Shown: piece by piece, positions 38,100-47,766 of the stretch
Layout: every line of letters begins with the position of its first letter
Position numbering within the stretch: position 1 is the stretch's first letter
Notes under the pieces: model-generated
The model's input: the letters and a program-made list of their open reading frames with translations, nothing else
Told to the model about the DNA's origin: nothing
Databases searched by the model: none
Made by a program: the position numbers and the translations under genes
DNA from: an uncultured Clostridia bacterium
GTDB taxonomy: Bacteria; Bacillota; Clostridia; Christensenellales; UBA1242
Reading direction: 5' to 3'
DNA: 64,000 bases
NCBI GenBank assembly: GCA_944362965.1
Contig: CALVTR010000002.1
Location: forward strand, 80,145-144,144

Positions 38100-39401
38100 A
38101 TGGGTATTTATTTTGGAACTGATGGCTTGCGGGGCGTGTATGGCGAAGAACTTACGCCCAGCGTTGCCTTTAAATGCGGAAATAGTTTAAGCAGATTTTG
38201 CAAAAAGAAAAAGGTTATTATTGGAAAAGACCCAAGAGTGACTGGTGACATCATATCACTTTCAGTGGCAAACGGGCTTATGCAAAATGGAGTCAATGTG
38301 ATAGATGTTGGCTTGATCACCACCCCTGCTGTTGCCTTTCTTACAAAAGTGCTTGATTGCGACTATGGTGTGGTGATATCAGCGTCACACAACCCGCCAA
38401 TGCACAACGGAATTAAAATCTTTGATAGTGACGGCTACAAAATTTCAGAAACGCTTGAGAACAGCATTGAACGCAGGTTTATGTTGCAAGCAAGCCAGCC
38501 TTATTATAATGTTGGAAGATACAGCTATCAGCCTGAGCATATCAAAAAATACATAGAAAAAATAACAGCAAATATTGGCGACCTTAGTGGCTTAAAAATT
38601 GTTATTGATTGTGGAAATGGTGCTTCAAGCAAAATTGCTAAGGGTATCTTTAAAAATTTGGGTGCAAATGTTTTTATAATCAACAATAAAACTGATGGGT
38701 TAAGCATAAATGAAGAGTCAGGCGCGCTATATCCGCAAGGCATGGCGGCAAAGGTTATAAAAGAAAAAGCCAATCTTGGGCTTGCCTTTGATGGTGACGC
38801 GGACAGAATTATTGCGTGTGACGAAAATGGCAATTTAGTTGATGGTGACGATATTTTATATATTCTTGCAACCTTCTTTAAGGACAAAACAAGTGCTGTG
38901 GTTGGAACGACCATGTCTAACAAGGGTTTTGAAAATGCGTTAAATAAAAAAGGCATCAGTCTGCTGCGAGCTGATGTTGGTGATAAATATGTTATTGAAA
39001 AAATGAAAAGTAATAATATCCTGCTTGGCGGAGAGCCTTCTGGTCACATCATTGTTAAGTCTTATAGCACAACCGGTGATGGAATTTTGACAGGATTACT
39101 TCTTGCCGACATTATCAAAAAAACTGCAAAGCCGCTATCTAAGCTTATAAACTATAAAAAATACCCGCAGATAAATATCAATGTTGAAGTGATTGATAAA
39201 TTCCGTATTTTAAATAGTGAAAAGCTTACAAATGAAACATTGCGTTTGCAGCAGCAATTTGCTAGCTTTGGGCGTGTGCTTGTGAGAGCAAGTGGAACAG
39301 AAAACAAAATCCGCATAATGTGTGAGCATAAGTCAAGATTAGTCGCTTTAAGGTCGGCACAGGGTTTAGAAAAAATTGTTAAGGAAATTAGTCAAAGATA
39401 A
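38100..39401 (+). CDS. glmM: Phosphoglucosamine mutase
   Basis: MGIYFGTDGLRG, the phosphoserine loop ISASHNPPMHNGIK, FDGDADR and GGEPSGH. The ATG at 38100 follows AAAGGAG. Confidence 0.95.
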   Translation: MGIYFGTDGLRGVYGEELTPSVAFKCGNSLSRFCKKKKVIIGKDPRVTGDIISLSVANGLMQNGVNVIDVGLITTPAVAFLTKVLDCDYGVVISASHNPPMHNGIKIFDSDGYKISETLENSIERRFMLQASQPYYNVGRYSYQPEHIKKYIEKITANIGDLSGLKIVIDCGNGASSKIAKGIFKNLGANVFIINNKTDGLSINEESGALYPQGMAAKVIKEKANLGLAFDGDADRIIACDENGNLVDGDDILYILATFFKDKTSAVVGTTMSNKGFENALNKKGISLLRADVGDKYVIEKMKSNNILLGGEPSGHIIVKSYSTTGDGILTGLLLADIIKKTAKPLSKLINYKKYPQININVEVIDKFRILNSEKLTNETLRLQQQFASFGRVLVRASGTENKIRIMCEHKSRLVALRSAQGLEKIVKEISQR

Positions 39402-39475
39402 AAAGTCAAAATTCATTGTTATTATAAAAATTTATTTATTAAAAACTTCTTATAAAAAATTTTGCATGATTGAAA

Positions 39476-39504
39476 AAAGTGGGCTTTTAAATAAAACCCA
39501 CTTT
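39476..39504. terminator. Bidirectional rho-independent terminator
   Basis: aaagtgggctttt-aaat-aaaacccacttt between convergent glmM and the lipoprotein gene. Confidence 0.7.
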
Positions 39505-39524
39505 GTTTTCTTAAAATTTATAGA

Positions 39525-40244
39525 TTATTCTGCAGCTACTACCTCATAGATATCTTGGCTGTTTTCAACAAGTTGTGCAGTATAGCCTTCTGCAACGAAG
39601 CTTGTGTTTTCACCTTCTGCTAGGTTGTCTGCAGGGTTGAAATTATGGAATGTTCCACCTGTTACTGTGATTGATGCTTTTTGTGCTGCATAATTTATAT
39701 CTTCGCAGTTTAAAGTAAACCTGCAATCATCAGATGGGCTGAGTTGTTGAATAGAGTATTCCCCGCCTTTAATTTCAACAGTGCCTTCATAGCTATAAAT
39801 AGCAGTAACGTTTCCGATAAATGTGCCATTTTCAATTACAAGTCTGCCCGTATCCATAACGTCAAGAGCATAGCAGTCATTTTCAAGTGCATGGACAGTG
39901 CCGTTTCCAGTGATAGTTAAATTTCCATTCTCGCGAACAGAAATAACAGACCATTTGTTTGCTCCAGGTGTTACATCCCATAATGGCATTTCGTTTGAAA
40001 GTGTTTTGCCGTTTAGGTCAAGTTTAACTTCGCGTGTCACCACAACAACATCTTCTACAACTATATTGTCTGTGAGTTTGATTATATCATCATCTCCTTC
40101 AAGAGCATTGACAAGTTCTTGATATGATGATACTTCAGCTGTTGTCTCATCATCGCCACAAGCTGTAAGCATGAAGAGTGTTGAAACCATCATGATTAGA
40201 GCAACGATTGATATGATAATTTTTTTAGATTTTGTTAATTGCAT
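39525..40244 (-). CDS. Lipoprotein (unknown function, possible beta-helix repeats)
   Basis: Signal peptide with lipobox LTAC-G. It is the last gene of the ABC cluster. Confidence 0.65.
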   Translation of the reverse strand: MQLTKSKKIIISIVALIMMVSTLFMLTACGDDETTAEVSSYQELVNALEGDDDIIKLTDNIVVEDVVVVTREVKLDLNGKTLSNEMPLWDVTPGANKWSVISVRENGNLTITGNGTVHALENDCYALDVMDTGRLVIENGTFIGNVTAIYSYEGTVEIKGGEYSIQQLSPSDDCRFTLNCEDINYAAQKASITVTGGTFHNFNPADNLAEGENTSFVAEGYTAQLVENSQDIYEVVAAE

Positions 40245-40343
40245 ATTCCCTCCTCCTTTCTTATTAGCAATTTATCTATTTTCATTATAACACTTTTCTT
40301 TTTTTTAAGCAAACAATTTTGCATCTTTTTTGCATCTTTTTAT

Positions 40344-42002
40344 TTATAATGGCAAATCTTTCTTGTCAAAGCGGAAGATGCCGATTATAAAGGTTACTAT
40401 TCCTATGGCTAGAAGGATTCCAAATTTCCATAGATAGCTCAGCGAGCCTGTCATTATTGCTGTGATATCGTAGAGTGTGATTATTGACAGATAGTTAAAG
40501 AAGTTCATAGCTGAAATTCTCATGGCTGATGGAATTACGTTTGAACCAAATAGTCCCAAGATTGTGCAGACAAGAGAGAAGATGGTTATGCCGCCACCCA
40601 CGCCCATTGAGTATTTTGTTCTATTAAATATAGCAGAGCACATATAGCAGAAACCAGCAAAGGCAAACATTGTTAAGAATGCACCTAAGTTATAAAGCAG
40701 AATTTGACCATAGTTGATTGCAAATGCGTTTCCGCCTGAAATCCATACTGCTATAACGCTTGTAACAGTGAGAAGTGCAAACATTGCAAAAAGTGCAACA
40801 ACTAGATATACCATTTGTGTTACTGCAACTGTTCTACGCTTGGTTGGAGTTGAAAGAACATACGCCATTGAGCCTGAGTCCACCTGCCCTGCAAGCAAGC
40901 CGTTTGCTGTCATGATGACGAATACCATTGGAAGCAAGAGACCTGCAATGCGGTAGAAGATTGAGCCTATGATAAGGCTATAGATATCCATGTTGCCAAG
41001 TTCGCTAAGTGCTTCTGATACCTTCTCTGGTATTTGGTCTGTTATACTTGCAGTAGCTTCGGTATAAGCCTGCTCCTGCGCACCTTCTACGTCTCCAAGC
41101 TCGGCAAGCCACAGCTCATAGGTGCTGATTGCTGTGTTTGAAAGCACTTTAACAGTGACTGCATAGAGCTCGGCATTCTCTCCGGCTTCTTCATCAGTCA
41201 TGCCACCTACGACTGATTGGTCATAGTAGGTTTTATATGTCACGTCGTGCATCATTTGATTGACTGCTGTGGTGGCGGCTTCTTTATATGGCTCTGCGTC
41301 AAATTCACCTTCTGGAGCTGTGTATGATGCCATTGCCTGTTCAATCATTGTGCGAGTAAGAGTTGCAGAGTAGGCAGCAAGCTCCTGCGTTGTTGTTTCT
41401 TGTTCTAGAGCTTGAGCATAGGCACCTTGATAGATAACGCCAAGATAAGCCTCCTTTAAAAGAGCCTTTGATTTGTCCGCAAAACTTTCATCTTCGCTTG
41501 TAAATCTATCTTGGTCATATGTGGTATAAAGAGCTGTAAGGAAGGCTATCTGTTGGTCACTTGTTAAAAATGAAAGCTGTGGGGCTAAGCTTAAGAGAAT
41601 TTTAACTTGGTCTATAGTTTGATTTCTTATAGTCTCTAAAGTTTCACCTGTTGGTTCTTGCCCGTCATTCGCGTTTTTATACTCATCTATTGCTTGATTA
41701 TAAGGAGTCAAAATATAGTCATAGACAAGGGTTAGCGTGCTTTCATCCATATTTTGAAACGTCCCTTCAAGCTCGACTGATGTTAAATATAGATTGTAGC
41801 TATCTATCGAGTTCTCTTTTAAATAGGATTCTTGGTCTGCCTGCGTGAACACATCACTTAGCGAGTCGCGGATGTCATTTATTCCTAAATTGCCAAGCAC
41901 AATTATGACTATAGCAAGCATGATGACTGTTGGCAAGGTTACGCATAGCCATTTCACCCAGTTGGCTTTCATGGATTGTTTGAAAAGTGCTTTACTAAAC
42001 AT
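40344..42002 (-). CDS. ABC transporter permease with large extracytoplasmic domain
   Basis: 552 aa with one N-terminal TM, a soluble loop of about 300 aa and five C-terminal TMs. It overlaps the upstream ATPase gene. Confidence 0.7.
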   Translation of the reverse strand: MFSKALFKQSMKANWVKWLCVTLPTVIMLAIVIIVLGNLGINDIRDSLSDVFTQADQESYLKENSIDSYNLYLTSVELEGTFQNMDESTLTLVYDYILTPYNQAIDEYKNANDGQEPTGETLETIRNQTIDQVKILLSLAPQLSFLTSDQQIAFLTALYTTYDQDRFTSEDESFADKSKALLKEAYLGVIYQGAYAQALEQETTTQELAAYSATLTRTMIEQAMASYTAPEGEFDAEPYKEAATTAVNQMMHDVTYKTYYDQSVVGGMTDEEAGENAELYAVTVKVLSNTAISTYELWLAELGDVEGAQEQAYTEATASITDQIPEKVSEALSELGNMDIYSLIIGSIFYRIAGLLLPMVFVIMTANGLLAGQVDSGSMAYVLSTPTKRRTVAVTQMVYLVVALFAMFALLTVTSVIAVWISGGNAFAINYGQILLYNLGAFLTMFAFAGFCYMCSAIFNRTKYSMGVGGGITIFSLVCTILGLFGSNVIPSAMRISAMNFFNYLSIITLYDITAIMTGSLSYLWKFGILLAIGIVTFIIGIFRFDKKDLPL

Positions 42003-43209
42003 CTTCTTCCTCCTTCTCTAGTTTTAATTTTGACTTTTCTTCTCTTTTTTGCTGTTTTAAGCGAAGTTTTCTGTCTCTCCTACCTGTTTTAAGAAATTCT
42101 TTCTTGACATGTGAAAATTCTTTATTCTGCGCTTTGTCAGTCTTTTTTCTATCTTTTTCTTTCTTCTTATTGAAGAATTTTTCATTCTTTTCGGCAAGAT
42201 TTTCTTGTTTTTTTGCCTTTTTATGCTCTAATTTTTCTCGTTTTAGTTCTTTCTCAGATAATTTTTGTCCTTTCGCCTTTTCTTCATTGCGTTTTTTCTC
42301 TTCTTCCAGTCTCTGATATTCCTTTGCAAGTATCTCTTTAAAGTGCTTTTCAAGATTATATTTGACTTCTGCGATAAACTTTAAATGATAGTTTTTTAGA
42401 GTGTTAAACAACCTATTTAAATCCTTATCGTAGACCTTGATTGTGACTTGATTATATTTTTCTTGGTCACGGACTATCTCATACTTAAGCCTTTTGAATT
42501 TTAAATAATCTTCTCTTGATAAAAACTCAACCTTATATGTTTTATATGGAAGGTTTGTAAGTTCTTTCATATCGGCAACGTCAATTATTCTTCCGTTGAA
42601 GATAAGTGCCACTCTGTCACAAACGCCTTCAAGCTCGTCAAACATTTGACTGCTCATCAAAATTGTTTTGCCCTTTTTCTTCTCGGCAAGCAAAAGCTCA
42701 ACAAAGGTTTCTCGCATTAGTGGGTCAAGTCCGGTGCTTGGCTCATCTAAAATCAAGATATCCTTGTCTGCCATAAAAGCTGCGACTATTGCGGTTTTTT
42801 GCTTCATACCCTTGCTCATACGCTTAAGGTTGGCTGAAGGGTCAAGTTGTAGCCGCTCTACAAGATAATTTGCAAAGCTCATATCTTTGATCCCTAAAAG
42901 CTCGGCTTGAGCTTTTAAGAAAGTTGTGCCGTCTCTAAGGTCTGGAAAAGCTATTTCGCCTGGCACATATTCCACAAACTTTTTAATCTCGCAGGCATTC
43001 TTCCATGCGTCAAGCCCTAAAACGTGGGCGCTGCCTTGCTCTGGTTTTAAAAAGCCCATGATATGTCTTATCGTTGTGGTCTTGCCACTGCCATTTGTGC
43101 CGACAAAACCGAAGGTCTCACCCTTTTTGACAGTGAAACTTAGGTCAAATATACCCTTACCATCACCATAGTCTTTTGTAAGGTGTTCTACTTTAATTAC
43201 TTCGTCCAT
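41995..43209 (-). CDS. ABC transporter ATP-binding protein with Lys/Glu-rich C-terminal extension
   Basis: Walker A GTNGSGKTT, signature MSKGMKQK and Walker B ILILDEP. The tail of roughly 110 aa is K/E-rich low complexity. Confidence 0.9.
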   Translation of the reverse strand: MDEVIKVEHLTKDYGDGKGIFDLSFTVKKGETFGFVGTNGSGKTTTIRHIMGFLKPEQGSAHVLGLDAWKNACEIKKFVEYVPGEIAFPDLRDGTTFLKAQAELLGIKDMSFANYLVERLQLDPSANLKRMSKGMKQKTAIVAAFMADKDILILDEPSTGLDPLMRETFVELLLAEKKKGKTILMSSQMFDELEGVCDRVALIFNGRIIDVADMKELTNLPYKTYKVEFLSREDYLKFKRLKYEIVRDQEKYNQVTIKVYDKDLNRLFNTLKNYHLKFIAEVKYNLEKHFKEILAKEYQRLEEEKKRNEEKAKGQKLSEKELKREKLEHKKAKKQENLAEKNEKFFNKKKEKDRKKTDKAQNKEFSHVKKEFLKTGRRDRKLRLKQQKREEKSKLKLEKEEEDV

Positions 43210-44159
43210 TAGAATGCACCTCCAAAATTTTTGTCTTCCTTATAGAATTGCATGAAATAATCTTCAAGTGTAAACTTGACTTGCGTGAAAGATTTGACGC
43301 TATACTGACTTAAAATATCAACCAAGCTGTTTATATCTTTGTCGTTTGCTGCAACTATAGCTGTTAAATTATCTTTATCACTATCTCTGACCGATATTTT
43401 TTTGATATTTACTGCATTTTTGCGAAGTTTAGGCATATTTGCAATAAATTTTTCAAAATCCTTGACATCTTTAAATTCAACGCGGAAATTTTTATTTTCA
43501 TTGTGTGTTATGTAGCTAGTGTCAAATTCTGAAACAATACGCCCGTCTTTGATTATGGCTATGCGGTCGCAGGTTGCTTCAACTTCATTGAAGATATGAG
43601 AAGAGAGCAAGATTGTTTTGCCGCGTTTTTTCTCATCCTTTACAAAATCTATGAAGGTTTGTTGCATAACAGGATCTAGTCCACTTGTTGGCTCGTCTAG
43701 AATAAGCACTTCAGGGTCATGCATGAACGCTGTGATTATTGCAAGTTTACGCTTGTCGCCAAGACTCATTTTCTTAGTTTCAATGGACGGGTCAAGCTTA
43801 AACATATCAAGAAGATAGTCAAGACGCTCTCTATTTTCAACCTTTCTTAGACTCCACATCATCTTTATAAACTCCCAGCCCGTCAAACCTTCTGGAAGAG
43901 CTATTTCACCTGGCAAGTAGCCTATTTTATCAAGTATTTTATAGTAATTTTTGAAAGTCTCTAGCCCAAAAACCTTGATTTCACCCTTCTGTGGACGAGA
44001 AAAGCCCATGATGTGTCTGATAGTTGTTGATTTGCCTGCACCATTAGGTCCTAAAAAGCCAAAAACTTCCCCTCGTTTTACCGAAAAAGAAACATCAAAA
44101 ACCCCTCTGCCATGACCATAGTCTTGCGTTAAAGAATCAACTACGATAACATTTTCCAT
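43209..44159 (-). CDS. ABC transporter ATP-binding protein
   Basis: Walker A GPNGAGKST, signature LSLGDKRK and Walker B VLILDEP. Confidence 0.9.
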   Translation of the reverse strand: MENVIVVDSLTQDYGHGRGVFDVSFSVKRGEVFGFLGPNGAGKSTTIRHIMGFSRPQKGEIKVFGLETFKNYYKILDKIGYLPGEIALPEGLTGWEFIKMMWSLRKVENRERLDYLLDMFKLDPSIETKKMSLGDKRKLAIITAFMHDPEVLILDEPTSGLDPVMQQTFIDFVKDEKKRGKTILLSSHIFNEVEATCDRIAIIKDGRIVSEFDTSYITHNENKNFRVEFKDVKDFEKFIANMPKLRKNAVNIKKISVRDSDKDNLTAIVAANDKDINSLVDILSQYSVKSFTQVKFTLEDYFMQFYKEDKNFGGAF

Positions 44160-44316
44160 CTTCCGCCTCCGCTTTAATGATGCTTCCTTTTATTTTTATT
44201 CATTTATAAATTTTTATGTTTATTGTGTAAAAAATTTATAAATATATTTTTGTAAATTTATTATAACAAAAAATAAAGCAAAAGCAAACCTTTTATAGAT
44301 TTTTTTATTTTTAATT

Positions 44317-44431
44317 TTTGCGGAAGAGAAAGCCGCGAGATTGCATGAGCGGCTTTGAAACGCAAGGGCTTTCTGCGAAAGAACTTGCGTTTGCTTCACA
44401 AACTTTGTTTTGTGAAGCGCTCTTCCGCAAA
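44317..44431. repeat. Three-hairpin junction element E10
   Basis: Closing stem tttgcggaagag/ctcttccgcaaa. Hairpins are aaagccgc-N12-gcggcttt, aaacgcaag-N17-cttgcgttt and cttcacaaaac-ttt-gttttgtgaag. Confidence 0.7.
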
Positions 44432-44570
44432 ATCGAATAAAAACAAAAATCACCTTTGAATTATAAAAAAATACTATATTTTTCTTAAATTTTCTAAAAA
44501 AACAAGAAAACACCTTATTTTTACTAAAAAAATGCAAATATTTTGTCAAAATACTTGCATTTTTATTAAA

Positions 44571-44939
44571 TTATTTTTCATTCAATTTACAAAACATTTG
44601 AACATATGATATCGCCATAACAAAGATGTTGTAGTTTAGATAAATTAGGTCCTTGCTTGTTTTCATTGATAGCGAGTCATCTTCAAGAGAAATATTAAAC
44701 TTGCTAAGATGTTTTGTTAAAATTGCAATATCGCTTTCATTAAGGTTTATATTCTCAAGAGTATAGCCAAAGTCAACAAAATATACGTTCTCTCCAACTT
44801 CTGTTAAGAAAACTGGAAGCTGGTCAAAGGAGTCGATGAGAACTAGGTCTGATTTGACAAAATATCTACCCACGCCTTGTTTTTCAAGTTTTTCTTTTCC
44901 AAGCTGTTTTGCAAGGTTTTCTACATATTCTTCTATCAT
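44571..44939 (-). CDS. Hypothetical small acidic protein, second gene of an unknown two-gene operon
   Basis: 122-aa ORF whose ATG overlaps the stop of the upstream 491-aa ORF (ATGA). Confidence 0.55.
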   Translation of the reverse strand: MIEEYVENLAKQLGKEKLEKQGVGRYFVKSDLVLIDSFDQLPVFLTEVGENVYFVDFGYTLENINLNESDIAILTKHLSKFNISLEDDSLSMKTSKDLIYLNYNIFVMAISYVQMFCKLNEK

Positions 44940-46411
44940 TCTCCCCCCCCGATGACTATTTCGTCCGCATCTAACTTTTCATCTTTTTCTTGTGGCGGTT
45001 TCGTTTTGTCTGAAGATTTTTTGACTAAATAATCACCTTTCATCACATATTTAGGTTGACAGTTCTTTTGCATTGCCTGTTCTCTGCTGTTTGTGATAGA
45101 GTTCATAACGTCATTGGCGCACACTATTTCAAGCTGTGAAAGTGCTTCAAGCTCGCCTAAATCACTGGTGTTTATACGCTCATCATAGATAAATTGCAAA
45201 AATTTTAGAGAAGAGATAAGCCTTGCAAAACATTTGCCTGCTGCAGTTTGCTCTGGATTTAAAAGCTTGAATTTCTGGACAAGTCCTTGCAAATATTCAT
45301 GGTTATCCTTACCATTTTTATAGTCATCAACTATTGCGTTTATAGACTTTGTATAGAAAACCTTTTTATTGAACTTTGCTTCTAAAAATGGCATATTATA
45401 ATGAGCACCTTCAAAAAACTGCTGGGCAACTTTTTTCTCAGATATATTATCAAGTTCTGTAAGATAGCTTACAAGGTGTTTTACGTCAATAGCGTTGCAT
45501 CTGCCCGTCTTCCATTTGATTTGTCTATGCTCATCCCTAAACTTTTTCATACATAATAGGTTGTCATCTTCGTTTTGAAAGTGGAAGTGTGGATTGCCCG
45601 TTTCATAGCCAAAGACCCGCTCACGCTTGTCAGGACCAATATACACATTGCGGTGCGACTTATTTGAACTGTCATATCGCATATACATGTGCGTCTTTTT
45701 AGGGTCGCCTTCAAGCATAACATACATTGAAATAGAAAAGGACCTATCATAGACGCTTGGCATATAGATAAGTTTCTCTTGTTCCTGCTTTGATGGATGA
45801 AGTTTTTTATATTCCCTTAGAACTGCTGGACTAGTTGGGACGAAAATCAAGTTTGTAACTTTAGAAAAGAGCATCTTTTCATCGCTTGAGATAAAAAACT
45901 GCACATCATTTGAATTATGTATATTTCTCTTTCTAAATTTTTCTTCAGTTTGAAAGTTTATATTGTTTTTGAAGGTGTATAGTGGCATAGAATAATCATA
46001 TTGTTCAATAAAAATTGGGTATTTCTTCTTTCTTTGAATATCAAGATAATCACGCGTTTTCAATATAAAAGGTATGTATTGCCATTTTCTGTCTATAAAA
46101 CCATCTGAATCAAAACCTGTTAGCGCATCAGAGTAACCATATTTTAAAGTTGCTCCGCTATCGTCTGCTTCATCATTGTATCTTTTGATATTATCTTTTA
46201 TAGCATCTTTGACCACCCCTTTAATTATATGCGGCGGTATATGTAAATTTTCAAGTGCTGCTGTCAGCTTATACACAGCACCTAATCCACTCGTAGTCAA
46301 AAACGCTTCCACATCTCTTCTGATTTCGCCGCTATTTATCTTTCTTGTGCCGGAACGCTTTTTATGATAATATTTAATTGACCCTTTATTACGCATTTTA
46401 CTTTTATTCAT
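44936..46411 (-). CDS. Hypothetical 491-aa protein (no recognised family)
   Basis: Long uninterrupted ORF with a basic N-terminus, a central segment THMYMRYDSSNKSHRNVYIGPDKRERVFGYETGNPHFHFQNEDD and an acidic tail. Confidence 0.6.
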   Translation of the reverse strand: MNKSKMRNKGSIKYYHKKRSGTRKINSGEIRRDVEAFLTTSGLGAVYKLTAALENLHIPPHIIKGVVKDAIKDNIKRYNDEADDSGATLKYGYSDALTGFDSDGFIDRKWQYIPFILKTRDYLDIQRKKKYPIFIEQYDYSMPLYTFKNNINFQTEEKFRKRNIHNSNDVQFFISSDEKMLFSKVTNLIFVPTSPAVLREYKKLHPSKQEQEKLIYMPSVYDRSFSISMYVMLEGDPKKTHMYMRYDSSNKSHRNVYIGPDKRERVFGYETGNPHFHFQNEDDNLLCMKKFRDEHRQIKWKTGRCNAIDVKHLVSYLTELDNISEKKVAQQFFEGAHYNMPFLEAKFNKKVFYTKSINAIVDDYKNGKDNHEYLQGLVQKFKLLNPEQTAAGKCFARLISSLKFLQFIYDERINTSDLGELEALSQLEIVCANDVMNSITNSREQAMQKNCQPKYVMKGDYLVKKSSDKTKPPQEKDEKLDADEIVIGGGE

Positions 46412-46601
46412 ACGCCCTCGTCTTATGAATAGTTTAACATACTTTTACACATAATTGCAATATAGTAATTAAATTTTTTCTATTTTTAGATAAATATAGA
46501 CAAATTATTTTAAAAATTATATAATTTTTGATATAATAGGTTTACGTATACACAAATTTAACGCTAAAATGCGTTTTTAATAATCATTTTTAGGAGAAAT
46601 T

Positions 46602-47744
46602 ATGAAAATTGTTATTGTTTGTGATATTCTAGGAAAGAAAAACAATGGCACGACCATTGCTTCATATAATCTTATAAATTTCTTAAAATCTAAAGGTCAT
46701 GACATTAAAGTTATCTGTTGCGACAACGACAAAGACGAAAGTCAAGAGGGTTTTGTGTTTTTAAATCAAGTCAATCTTGGACCACTGAACAAAATTGTGG
46801 AAAGAAATGGGGTTAGTCTTCCACATAAAGACAAAAAACTTATTGTTGAAACCATTAAAGGCTGCGACATCGTGCATATAATGATGCCATTTCCTGTTGG
46901 CATTGCTGCTTGCAAAATAGCAAAGAAACTTGGAAAACCTGTCACTGCTGGATTTCACTGCCAAGCAGAGCTTGTTTCAAGTCATCTTGGACTTATGAAT
47001 TGCGAGCCTGTCAACAGACTTATCTATAAAGGCTTTTATGATAAACTCTATCAGTTCTGCGATGCAATACACTATCCAACGCAGTTTATCTGTGATGTGT
47101 TTGAAAATATTGTGGGACCAACAAACCACTACATAATCAGCAATGGCGTAAACAAATATATGGAGCATAAGAAATGTGAAAAACCTGAGAACCTTAAAGA
47201 CAAATTTGTCATTTTAAGCACTGGCAGGCTTTGCAAAGAAAAAGCACATATCATTTTGTTTAAGGCTGTGGCTTTGTCAAAATATAATAAAGATATACAG
47301 CTTGTGATTGCAGGACAAGGACCACTTCAGGGAAGGCTTGAAAAGTTTGCAGAAGAAAACATTGCAAACAAACCTATCATCAAATATTTTTCAAGAGATG
47401 AAATGGTTGACCTTGTCAACTTTTCTGACCTTTATGTTCACCCTGCAGAGGCTGAGCTTGAAGGGATTGCATGTCTTGAAGCGATAGTTTGCGGGCTGGT
47501 GCCTGTGGTTTCTAATTCTAGAAAAAGTGCGACTAAGGACTTTGCTATAACTGATAAAAACCTATTTCAATATGATGACCCGCAGGACCTTGCAAATAAA
47601 ATTGACTATTGGATTGAACACCCACAGGAGAAAGAAGAATACAAAACAAAATATCTTCAGTTTGGCGAAAAGTTCAATCAAGAAGATTGCATGAACAAAA
47701 TGGAAGAGATGTTTATGGAAACCTTAAACAAAAGAATAAAATAA
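46602..47744 (+). CDS. GT4-family glycosyltransferase
   Basis: GT-B architecture with C-terminal YVHPAEAELEGIACLEAIVCGLVPVV (EX7E-type motif). Confidence 0.8.
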   Translation: MKIVIVCDILGKKNNGTTIASYNLINFLKSKGHDIKVICCDNDKDESQEGFVFLNQVNLGPLNKIVERNGVSLPHKDKKLIVETIKGCDIVHIMMPFPVGIAACKIAKKLGKPVTAGFHCQAELVSSHLGLMNCEPVNRLIYKGFYDKLYQFCDAIHYPTQFICDVFENIVGPTNHYIISNGVNKYMEHKKCEKPENLKDKFVILSTGRLCKEKAHIILFKAVALSKYNKDIQLVIAGQGPLQGRLEKFAEENIANKPIIKYFSRDEMVDLVNFSDLYVHPAEAELEGIACLEAIVCGLVPVVSNSRKSATKDFAITDKNLFQYDDPQDLANKIDYWIEHPQEKEEYKTKYLQFGEKFNQEDCMNKMEEMFMETLNKRIK

Positions 47745-47766
47745 ACTTATACATTAAGGAGAAAAA

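Noticed and set aside
44220-44549. 109-aa ORF on the minus strand
   Set aside because: It spans junction element E10 and AT-rich spacer. It shows Phe/Lys-rich low complexity typical of AT-rich non-coding DNA.
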